Positions 44,798-54,338 of a DNA stretch of 64,000 nucleotides are shown piece after piece. The stretch is from positions 1,724,418-1,788,417 of the forward strand of contig KV454012.1 of NCBI GenBank assembly GCA_001661245.1. Reading direction: 5' to 3'. A program made the translations under genes and the position numbers. The stretch's first letter is position 1. Each line of letters opens with the position of its first letter. This DNA comes from Pachysolen tannophilus NRRL Y-2460 (taxonomy: Eukaryota). The notes beneath the pieces were generated by a model. The model searched no databases. It saw only the letters and a program-made list of their open reading frames with translations, and was not told the DNA's origin.

Positions 44798-45336
44798 TAG
44801 TCCTGCGGAAGGCCCAATTTCAATAGCTGATTTTCTCACTCAGTTTTCTCATTCAGTTTTGTCAATCAGCTATGTCTAAACGAAAAGAAAGAAGAGACCC
44901 TCCTACCAAAACTAATAAATTATAAAAAATTATTTAAAATCAACCAATTAATCAGTACAATTCAATTGTCATCTTTAAGCACAAGGCAAAAACAAAACAA
45001 AACAAAACAAAAACAAAAAAGAATCGAAAACATTTCCTCTTTTTTACATAATTAATTGGTTTCCTTTAACCTCATCGACACTTTTTCTACTTAATTTTTT
45101 CTCTTTTTGGATTTGTTGTGTTTTGCACACACTACCACAATATACGAGGGAAAAAGAAGAAAAGAAAGAAAAATCAGAGCTTTCAGTATATTTTAATACT
45201 TGAACGTGAAAAGAATTAAAAGTTAATACTATAAATTTAGATAAATTGAATAACTGTATTGAATGAATCAATAATTTTATTTATTTTTATTTTTTCTCTC
45301 TATCTCTCTCAACACAGCACAGCACAACACAGTACC

Positions 45337-45368
<32 letters not shown>

Positions 45369-45417
45369 AACTGTTCCTCCTATAATTATCCAATTAATTC
45401 TTATACCTGAATAAAAA

Positions 45418-47367
45418 ATGAACAATTATAATTTGAATGTTAATAATGGTATAAACGTGAATAACGGCATGAATGAAATAAATAGTAAGACCAATCATCC
45501 ATCACCTGTGATACCAGGTGGACCAGTGAATAGATCAGAGGTGATGAATGGGTCACCAGTCAATTTGAATAATAATAATAATAATAATTATAATCGACAA
45601 GGTGGTGGTGCTAATATTGTGAATCAGAATAAAAATATAAGACTTCCTATAAACAATCGTGTTATGGTTGGAAATAGTGTAGGTGGTGGTGTTGGGAGCC
45701 CAGTTAACCAGGTGAATCTTGTGAATCAAGTTAACCAGGTGAATAGAGTAAACACGGGAGGTATTCCAGTGAATGGCGCGGGTATTAATATGAATATGAA
45801 TATGAATATGAGAGGAATGATGCCTAACCAATCTGCGAAATCGCTGTTGTCGCAGCCACAACAGGTACAGCAGCAACAGCAACAGCAACAGCTTTTGAGG
45901 CATCAATTGCAGCAGCAGCTGCAGCAACAACTGCAGGCGCAGCGGCAACAACACCCACAGACTCAGACTCAGACTCAGACACAACAGCAACAGGCGCAAC
46001 AGGCGCAATTGACTCAACAACAAATACAAAAACAAAGACATCAGATATTGTTTCAAAAATTGAAAAATTACAAGTTTTCGGAAACTTCAGAAGAAATTTT
46101 AGCTAAATATGCAAATTTTCAACCATCTTTAGAATTACATATTCATGAAAATTATTTTAGATTTGGTAATCAAGTAGGAATGATCCCAAAAACTTCACCA
46201 TTGATAAAAGAATTATTAGAGTATATAGCACGTGAGCAAATACCTGATTCATTAGTTGAAGTGATCAAAGATGGGGGAATACAATTATACGAAGGTTGTT
46301 GTATAATACAGATATATGATCATAGGCACATGGTAGAAAAAATTGTTACTCAGGATGGTAATAATAACCAACAAGAAGGTGTTAATAATAATAATAATGG
46401 AAATGACATTGATAACCTACCTAAAATAAAAAGAGTTCCAAAAACTTATAGAACTTTATTAAAACCAACTCAATTATCAATTTTTGCTGATTTGTTATAC
46501 CAAATGGATTCACAACAATTTAGATTAAGTGATCATTACATGCTTTTGATAGAAGCAGAGATTCTAACTTTAACAAAGAGAAATGTTGATTTATCTGTAC
46601 CATTAAATCCATTCAAATGTAACGATTATTTACAACCAGAAACACAAAAACCTGTATATGATGCTGAAAAGGATGAGGTAATACATGATTATAGAAAAGA
46701 TTTGAAACCATACCACTTTAAACCATTACATGAAGATATTGTTCATCATAATAAATCAGATTACGAACAATTAATGATGATTTTAAGTGATCATGGTAAT
46801 CATCAGATGGGTGATAATTTATCAAATTCTAGTTCTTCTTCTCAATTTTTAAGATTAAAATTTGTTGAAAATTGGAGACGTAAAAGAGAAAGAATGAAAC
46901 AAGCAGCAATAGCAGCTAATATCCAATATAGACAACAACTGGGAAATGATCCTTCTCAAGGTGGTGTTTCCGGTATGGTTGCTAATACGTCTGCCGGTGT
47001 AGCAGCAAATAATGGATTCAATAATGGACAGTCACAGCAACTGAATGGACAGCAGCAGAGTAACGTCAATGGATTGGGTATGTTTGGATTAACCCAACAA
47101 CAGCGTTATTTAATTCAACAACAAAGGTTAATACAGCAACAACAACAATTACAAATGAGTAATGCTATCAATGGTACGGTAGATAATAATAACATGAGAA
47201 ATAATAATAATTCGAATTCTCAATTACAAAATAATATGGATGGAAGTGGACAATCAATGTCAGGGAAACAGTCAAATTCAAATACCAATCTTCTGAACCT
47301 TAATGGTTCAACAGGTAATAACAATGATAATAACGATGGTAATTCTGGTGCTAATATATATGTATGA
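45418..47367 (+). CDS. SPT20: SAGA subunit Spt20, apparently truncated at an inversion junction
   Basis: Gln/Asn-rich ends; Spt20 domain PSLELHIHENYFRFG..LYEGCCIIQIYDHR..YRTLLKPT; ends abruptly GANIYV* inside a TATATATGTA tract. Confidence 0.9.
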   Translation: MNNYNLNVNNGINVNNGMNEINSKTNHPSPVIPGGPVNRSEVMNGSPVNLNNNNNNNYNRQGGGANIVNQNKNIRLPINNRVMVGNSVGGGVGSPVNQVNLVNQVNQVNRVNTGGIPVNGAGINMNMNMNMRGMMPNQSAKSLLSQPQQVQQQQQQQQLLRHQLQQQLQQQLQAQRQQHPQTQTQTQTQQQQAQQAQLTQQQIQKQRHQILFQKLKNYKFSETSEEILAKYANFQPSLELHIHENYFRFGNQVGMIPKTSPLIKELLEYIAREQIPDSLVEVIKDGGIQLYEGCCIIQIYDHRHMVEKIVTQDGNNNQQEGVNNNNNGNDIDNLPKIKRVPKTYRTLLKPTQLSIFADLLYQMDSQQFRLSDHYMLLIEAEILTLTKRNVDLSVPLNPFKCNDYLQPETQKPVYDAEKDEVIHDYRKDLKPYHFKPLHEDIVHHNKSDYEQLMMILSDHGNHQMGDNLSNSSSSSQFLRLKFVENWRRKRERMKQAAIAANIQYRQQLGNDPSQGGVSGMVANTSAGVAANNGFNNGQSQQLNGQQQSNVNGLGMFGLTQQQRYLIQQQRLIQQQQQLQMSNAINGTVDNNNMRNNNNSNSQLQNNMDGSGQSMSGKQSNSNTNLLNLNGSTGNNNDNNDGNSGANIYV

Positions 47368-47491
47368 GTATATCTATATAAAGAAGCTTTTAAAAAGTAT
47401 TAAATAAAAGATAAGCTATAAATTTTACAAATTAAATAATAATTAATCAATAGAAAAAAAAAAAAAAGAAAAGAAAAATATTTGTAGATAT

Positions 47492-47764
47492 TTAGTTTGT
47501 ATTCTGTGACATGTTGATTCCTCCCATACCTGCCAGCCCAAGATTACCCTGAGAATTAATGGTATTAAGGCCACCAACAGGTGTGGATACAGCAGGTGTA
47601 CTAGCATCGCTTCCTGTCTTACTTTTCTTTTTGTAAGAACCTCTTTTTTCTTTACTGGTGGTTGTTCTTCATTATTAGGTATGGATCCACCAGGGAGAGT
47701 CTTCCCAGAAATTTGATTTTTCTTGGTTGAATTCTTTCTAGGTCTCTTTGTAGTTGTCTTTTTG
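47492..47764 (-). other. Orphaned Spt20-type basic C-terminal coding segment, inverted relative to SPT20
   Basis: - strand just after the DCP1 stop: KKTTTKRPRKNSTKK..PPVKKK / (-1 shift) RGSYKKKSKTGSDASTP..MSQNTN*; resembles the Spt20 tail KRPRKNAKK..PKKKR..SSTP. Confidence 0.8.
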
Positions 47765-47771
47765 ATATATA

Positions 47772-48332
47772 TTATATACTTTGACTCTGATTAAGAATTA
47801 CGTTTAAAATATTAAACATATTTTCTCTATCTGCTTTATCAAAAATCCAAATCCCATATGTTTCATCTTTTAAATTTTTTAAAATTATTAAATCATCATT
47901 TTTTTCAACAATCATATCACTATCTATAACATTTTTATTAGAAAGTAAACCAAGACAAAAATTTTCTGTTTTTATTCTATTTAATATCATTAATCCATAA
48001 GTATAAATTTCATTATTTAAAATATAATTAGGTGACATTTTCAGTTTATCATCAACCAGTTGATTTCTTGAATATATTGAAAGTACACCTTCATATTCCA
48101 ATTTATCCCAATTTTCAGAATCTTGATTAAACTGATATAATACTGAATGTGAAGTATGATATACCAACTGAGTTATCTTAGGATCATATTTACCAATGAC
48201 ATTATAAGTTAAAGCTTTACGGTATACATTCAAAGTCGATTTATCTAACGCTATTTCATCAAGTTGTTGTTCCGTCGATAATGGAGGAGCAGTGGATAAC
48301 GATCCAACAGTTGAATCTTCAGTAGTAGCCAT
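47772..48332 (-). CDS. DCP1: mRNA decapping subunit Dcp1
   Basis: YRKALTYNVIGKYDPKITQL..WDKLEYEGVLSIYSR..YGLMILNR..YGIWI. Confidence 0.95.
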   Translation of the reverse strand: MATTEDSTVGSLSTAPPLSTEQQLDEIALDKSTLNVYRKALTYNVIGKYDPKITQLVYHTSHSVLYQFNQDSENWDKLEYEGVLSIYSRNQLVDDKLKMSPNYILNNEIYTYGLMILNRIKTENFCLGLLSNKNVIDSDMIVEKNDDLIILKNLKDETYGIWIFDKADRENMFNILNVILNQSQSI

Positions 48333-48698
48333 TATTCCCCTTTTACTAATCTCTTTTTAATAAATCATTCAATCAATCTCTTGGTATAATAGAATGTTTT
48401 CACCAATAAATTCATTTAAACTAACTTTTCATTGAGATAGCAAACACTACTAATTTTCTAAAATAGCTTCGTTAATTAATCAACTAATCAACTAATGAGC
48501 TATTGAAAAGAGGACAGTTATAAGGCTTACAATGGTATGATTTTGGTCAATGTTTTGAGTAAAATTTATTTTAAATGTTTGGAGATTGATATTGTATATA
48601 CGGACTTGCCATAAACTTTTAGAAAATGAAATTTGTAAAAGTAAAAAGAAAAGAAGAAAAAAAACACAAATTCATCTTCCAAGTGTTAATTGATATGT

Positions 48699-49283
48699 TC
48701 AAGCTTCCGGAACAACTTTAGAAGCATCAGATACATTGACACTTGTATTATCTGGCTCAACGAAATCCTTAACGACTTTACCATCTTTAACTAACAAAGC
48801 ATATCTTTTACTTCTGTTATTCCCGAAAACAGCCGCACTGTTGAATAAGAGACCTAATTCATTGTTGAACTTACCTTCTGGGTCTGCTAAAAACCTAAAA
48901 GATTCAGCTTCCTTAGGAAATGTCTTTTTCCAAGCCAGAGTAACAAATGGATCGTTAACTGAAATCACAACCAAGTGATCATAACTCTTGGCCTTCAAAT
49001 CTTTCCATGCAGAGATATAACCTGGAATGTGTTTATCGGTACAAGCTGGTGAAAATGCAGCTGGAACACCAACAATTACCGATTTACCAGAACCAAGTTC
49101 TTTTGAAAGGTCAATGCTATCACCTGGAGTAGATTCCTTTAAAGGTACCGATGGGATCTTATCACCTGCCTTAACCATTGCTGGAGAATATGTTCTAAAA
49201 CCTGCTTTACCAATATAACTAGAAGTAAAATAAATTGATTTCAAATTAACTGGTAATTTATTTCTACTTACAATTGAAAACAT
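48699..49283 (-). CDS. Prx5/Ahp1/Pmp20-family peroxiredoxin with presequence-like extension
   Basis: VPAAFSPACTDKHIPGY, SVNDPFV, RSKRYALLV; in-frame ATGs at 49283 and 49178. Confidence 0.92.
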   Translation of the reverse strand: MFSIVSRNKLPVNLKSIYFTSSYIGKAGFRTYSPAMVKAGDKIPSVPLKESTPGDSIDLSKELGSGKSVIVGVPAAFSPACTDKHIPGYISAWKDLKAKSYDHLVVISVNDPFVTLAWKKTFPKEAESFRFLADPEGKFNNELGLLFNSAAVFGNNRSKRYALLVKDGKVVKDFVEPDNTSVNVSDASKVVPEA

Positions 49284-49526
49284 GACCAATTAAACTCTTA
49301 TATATATATATATATATATAGATATTTATAGATATTTATAGATATAGTCAAGGTTCAGTAGTTTTAAAAGAAAAATAGCAAATTTAAATATATTTGGTAA
49401 TTAATAATTTTTTATAATTGCACTTTCCCCTTCTGATTATATAATGTTGCATCAAGTGCATTTAACTATAGAAAAGATGGAATAAATTAAATTCAGGAAA
49501 CTTTTTTTAAATTTAAGAATTGTTTA

Positions 49527-50192
49527 ATGAAAGGTTTTAAAGTGATTAAAGAGGTTTTAAGTTTTAAATGTTATTATTCTGGTATAGTACCTCCTCGTCA
49601 TAAATTAAAACCTTTAACAAATGAACGGAAACAAGAAATATCTTTTGCAAAGAATTGGTTAAAAAAATTAGATACAAATACTATACCTAGAAAATTATTT
49701 GATATTTCCTTTAGTAGAGCATCAGGACCTGGAGGACAAAAAGTTAATAAGACATCATCAAAGGCAATTATTTCATTGGATCAAGTTACATTGGAAGAGC
49801 AATTTCCGAAATTTATACCGCTGATCATTTATGAGCAATTCATAAAATCTGTTGAATTTAAATATTTTAGACCAGTTAATGGTGGAATATTAATTCAATC
49901 TGAAGATTCAAGATCTAGGCAAGAAAATTTAGAAAATTGTTTTAATAAATTTATAACAGAATTGAAAAAAATTATTAAATTTGAACAAGATATTGATTTG
50001 GATATTAAATTGAAATGGGAAAACATTGAAAAAAGGGAAAGATTAAATAAAATTAAGATAAAAGAAAATAGAAAAGTTAAAAAGGAAAATAGGAAAAAAT
50101 TTATATATAAAATAATTTTAAAATATTATCATCATTATAATCACTTATTGCTGTATCCAATTTTTAAAATTTCTATTACTATCATGACTTAA
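49527..50192 (+). CDS. PTH4: Mitochondrial peptidyl-tRNA hydrolase Pth4/ICT1 (true stop probably near 50110)
   Basis: FSRASGPGGQKVNKTSSKA GGQ motif and basic tail; the extension overlapping PSF3 is suspect. Confidence 0.9.
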   Translation: MKGFKVIKEVLSFKCYYSGIVPPRHKLKPLTNERKQEISFAKNWLKKLDTNTIPRKLFDISFSRASGPGGQKVNKTSSKAIISLDQVTLEEQFPKFIPLIIYEQFIKSVEFKYFRPVNGGILIQSEDSRSRQENLENCFNKFITELKKIIKFEQDIDLDIKLKWENIEKRERLNKIKIKENRKVKKENRKKFIYKIILKYYHHYNHLLLYPIFKISITIMT

Positions 50193-50762
50193 TTTAAATA
50201 ATTTTTTTTCAAATTCATCCAATGATAAAATAAAATCATGAGAACCACTTGAATTCCCATTTTTAGAATTTGTAGCAAAATCGTTAATCTCACTAGATCT
50301 ATCTTTTAACATTTCACTTATAACTTCAGCCAATTCTTTATCTTTAAACATAGCACACCATTTAATAGCCAATTTATAATAATATGTGGATATTGAATGT
50401 AAATCTAAAGTTTTACTATTGGTCTTTATGGCATTTATCACTCTATTACTAAAATATTCAGGTTGAACAAGTTCAATAAAAGAATCCTCAGATGTCTCGT
50501 CAATCGGTATTATCGCCAACACTTCAGCAAGCCAAAGAGGTAACTCCAACTTTGAATTCTTTCTTAATGGTTTCCCTGGATTTCCTTCCAAATACCCTAG
50601 TCCAGGTACTGTCATTTGAAATTTACATGGTAATTTCTTAAAATCAAAAAAAAAAAGTAAGTTAGCACAAATAATTATTCCACCGAAACATTTTGATAAT
50701 TTTCTTTTACTCACTTGATTATCAGCTAAAATATCATCTATATCATAGTAACTGCTATTCAT
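50145..50762 (-). CDS. PSF3: GINS subunit Psf3; two exons (50762-50715, 50636-50145)
   Basis: YYDIDDILAD, PGLGYLEGNPG, LELPLWLAEVL; 78-nt intron with GTGAGT, TGCTAAC and AAG. Confidence 0.95.
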   Translation of the reverse strand: MNSSYYDIDDILADNQVSKRKLSKCFGGIIICANLLFFFDFKKLPCKFQMTVPGLGYLEGNPGKPLRKNSKLELPLWLAEVLAIIPIDETSEDSFIELVQPEYFSNRVINAIKTNSKTLDLHSISTYYYKLAIKWCAMFKDKELAEVISEMLKDRSSEINDFATNSKNGNSSGSHDFILSLDEFEKKLFKLSHDSNRNFKNWIQQ

Positions 50763-51082
50763 CTTGTCATTTCTAAATATCTATCTATGTCTTGAATATT
50801 ATTGTAGTTTTAGTCAATTTATATTTGATTTTGCTATATAAGACGCGCCTAAATTGTTGTTATTTTAAATAAACATGAAAAATAGAAAATAGCCCTATTT
50901 TTCACTGTTTTATTATATTTTCACTTTTCTACAATTACTTCTTCGCAAATCAATCCAAATGGCTTACACTTTTCTTATTATATTCTCTATAAACAGAAAA
51001 AGAGGAGAGAAAAGAAATAGAAGGAGACCGAAAGAAAGAAAGTAAGAAAAAAAAAAAAAAAAAAAGAAGAAAAAAAGTCAGT

Positions 51083-51158
51083 GAAGTCAGTGAGTGAAGT
51101 CAGTGAGTGAAGTCAGTGAGTGAAGTCAGTGAGTGAAGTCAGTGAGTGAAGTCAGTGA
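51083..51158. repeat. Perfect 13-bp minisatellite (GAAGTCAGTGAGT) x ~5.8
   Basis: Units start at 51083, 51096, 51109, 51122, 51135 and 51148 (partial). Confidence 0.95.
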
Positions 51159-51205
51159 AATGTACTCTATATTAATGTGGTTTCTTTTTTGAATTTATAT
51201 TTCAT

Positions 51206-53574
51206 TTAATTATTATTTTTCAGTTTTGATGAAAATTTTTTCAAATAAGTTTCAGCTTTGTTAAAATGGTCCACTATCGATTTGTCATTAATTAAACCTT
51301 TTGAATCAATCTCTCTCACGAGAGCAGCAACTTCATAGAAAATTCAACACCTTTAAGTAATTCTTCAAAAGGTGAGTTATGTAAATTGTTGAAATTTCCT
51401 AAAAACAAGTTTTTAGTTTTTGTAAGATCTTCGGAATTATTATTATATATTTCCAAGAAATGTAAGGCAAATATACCAACTAAAGTTGAATTGAAAATTC
51501 TATTAAAGGGTAATTGGGAATTTAAAATAAACCAATTTCTATTATTCCATTTAAATTTATCCTTTATATCGTTATTCATCAAGATAGTATATAAATTGGC
51601 TATTAATAATTCATTGATTTGTTCTTGTGATTTGGCAAAGATGGATCTAAATTGTAATAAGGATCTTGAAAATTTGTTCAAATAATTGATTGGTTTGGTT
51701 TGAAAAATTGGACACAATACTAAAATTTTAGAGATTAATATTATTAATTTTGAAATTTCTGGGCCAGCTGAAGATGGTATTTTCAATTCATTATTATTAA
51801 ATGAAATTAAATCATTCAATTTTAAAGTCTTACCAAATTTTCTTAAAAAATTTATAATTAAAAATAAATTTGTTGAGTAAAGAGATTTTGAAATTGTAGG
51901 TAATAATTCACCCCATGTTGTTAATTTGTTATCTTCACCAATATATTTCAAAATATATAAAGATCTCAATAAAGCTGTTGAAATGATTTGATTATTGGAA
52001 GAAAGCTTTTCCTGTAAATCTAAAGTCTTGGAAGAAATTGATTGATTAACGAATTCTTGATTAATCTTATCAAAAAATAATTTTATTTCAAAATCATCAT
52101 GTGAATTGTCAAAATTAACCGTAAAAGATCTTGTCTTAAAATAAACTGGAGGTGAAATTCTATGAGACAATTCAAAAACATCTGGTTTGTTCTCATTAAA
52201 ATATGTTGTTAAATTAATTTTTTTAACTTGATAATATCTGTGCATAAACTGTGTTAAAAGATTTAATGTCTTATTTTTCAACTCTAAAGAATCATCATCA
52301 GTCACTAATTTCAAATATAAAGGTGTTGGAGAACAATCTAAAGGTAATCTTTCAACATAATTTCCATATAATATTGCTTCAACACTTTTAAATTCAACTA
52401 AACCTACAGATTGATAAAAATAATATTCATTCGACAATCTTTGACCAATAAATTCATGAAGATCATTTGGTACTTTGACATCACTTTTGATAGTTTTATC
52501 TACTGCAAACAGTTGAGAAATTTTTTCCAACTCTCCATCAACATCATTTAATAGTTCAATCAGACCATTTTTCTTTAATACTGGCATAAATTTTAATACA
52601 GAACAGCCTTTAAAAAATTTTTCAGATATATTTTGATCCTGTAAAGCCAAAATTGTATTATAAACGGATCCACCACTTATTGTAACAAATTCATGCAACA
52701 TTTGGAAAGTAATCGCAGGAGAAGAGGGGAAAATTTGTAAAGAATCAGGTTGTAAATCATTACCAACAACCATTGAAATATCTAAAAATTGTTTTTCTGT
52801 TAAATTGAATTTGTTTAATATGAAATTTTTATCTAAAAATTTAAATTCTTTATTTTGAAATTCAATACAAAAGATAAATTTTTCACAGTTTTGCGATAAT
52901 AATAAATCTGTTGGACCATAAATAACATCAACAAATTTTCCTCTTAGTAAATAAGTTAATTGAATAAACGATGAATAAGGAGCAACTTGATAATCAATTT
53001 CTCTTTCAACAAAAAATTTTAATAAATCATTTAAAATAGGTCTTGAATCTATTGGACTATTAAATTCTCGGAAAGTCTCCGTTGTAGGCTTTTGTGGAGA
53101 AGATACCGCCGAGCTATGTCTATCCCAAACTTTTTTATGATGCTTCTCCAACAATGATAACTCAGAAGATGCATTTTTACTATCAAACGCCAAAGTATTT
53201 CTTAAACCTTGAAATACAAAAATTGGTTTAATATTCAATTCTTTAAAAATTTTTAAATCCAACTCAATATAATTCAATAAACTCAATGGGAACCCACCAA
53301 TGGCATCCAAGAAAGATTCTTTCTTAAATGTGAGTAACCTCGAAATATAATGATCAACATCGATCCCAATTGTAGAATTCTTCAAAATATCAATAGGATA
53401 ACTACCAACAGAATAATTATCAAAAAGATATGATTCAAGAGTTTTAACTAAATAAAAGAAAAAAAAAAAAGAAAGAACAGTATACTTTGTTAGTTTAAAA
53501 TTCCAATAATTCCAATATTTTACTTCTTCACCTTTAAAACAACTTCAACAACCATCAAATAACTTACTAGGCAT
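51206..53574 (-). CDS. MKT1: Mkt1, XPG/PIN-like post-transcriptional regulator; two exons and a frameshift near the 3' end
   Basis: Exon 1 53574-53568; intron 53567-53448 (GTAAGT, AACTAAC, TAG); gives MPIKTLESYLFD..GSYPIDILKNSTIGIDVDHY. A -1 shift at 51339-51342 extends the frame to TAA at 51206. Confidence 0.9.
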
Positions 53575-53615
53575 TATTCTATCGTTTCTCTAAAAGTTTT
53601 TTTTCCTTTTTTTTT

Positions 53616-53967
53616 NNNNNNNNNNNNNNNNNNNNNNNNNNNNNNNNNNNNNNNNNNNNNNNNNNNNNNNNNNNNNNNNNNNNNNNNNNNNNNNNNNNNN
53701 NNNNNNNNNNNNNNNNNNNNNNNNNNNNNNNNNNNNNNNNNNNNNNNNNNNNNNNNNNNNNNNNNNNNNNNNNNNNNNNNNNNNNNNNNNNNNNNNNNNN
53801 NNNNNNNNNNNNNNNNNNNNNNNNNNNNNNNNNNNNNNNNNNNNNNNNNNNNNNNNNNNNNNNNNNNNNNNNNNNNNNNNNNNNNNNNNNNNNNNNNNNN
53901 NNNNNNNNNNNNNNNNNNNNNNNNNNNNNNNNNNNNNNNNNNNNNNNNNNNNNNNNNNNNNNNNNNN
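53616..53967. other. Assembly gap (N run) with duplicated flanks
   Basis: TTCTATCGTTTCTCTAAAAGTTTTTTTTCC+T-run occurs at both 53577 and 53968. Confidence 0.95.
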
Positions 53968-53996
53968 TTCTATCGTTTCTCTAAAAGTTTTTTTTC

Positions 53997-54027
<31 letters not shown>

Positions 54028-54232
54028 TAAGATTATCTATTTTTTTCAATTAAATGAATGTTTTATTGATATTTCAACTCCAACTCCTCCTCTTACTTGA
54101 TTATTAGAGAATGAAGTGATTGTTGAACAATTAATTATATAATCTTCAATGTGTTTTTATTTCATTTTCGTTTCAATTTTTTCTTTACGACTTCCGGAGA
54201 CGTTGTTTTGTTCGAAATAAAAGAGAAAACCA

Positions 54233-54240
54233 CACGTGAC
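54233..54240. promoter_or_regulatory. Cbf1/bHLH-type E-box
   Basis: CACGTGAC about 100 bp upstream of the SNF2 helicase ATG. Confidence 0.4.
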
Positions 54241-54338
54241 ATACGAGGGCAACAAAATGTTGTATATATTTTGAGCAAAGATTGGGTTGACAAGTTTGTA
54301 TTGATTATATAATTACAACAGTGGTAAAAGAGTTGGTG

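Noticed and set aside
44300..45400. Solo LTR or transposon remnant near the tRNA gene
   Set aside because: No TG..CA bounded element, target-site duplication or coding remnant that I can support; only small local duplications.
45553..46056. Poly-Leu 167-aa ORF antisense to SPT20
   Set aside because: Reverse complement of CAG/CAA and AAT repeats.
51083..51158. Repeat array as CRISPR
   Set aside because: No spacers, 13-bp unit, eukaryotic context and no cas genes.
53577..54015. Direct repeat flanking the N gap, resembling a target-site duplication or LTR
   Set aside because: Both copies end in the same poly-T run; this is typical of overlapping contig ends, so the gap is probably spurious.
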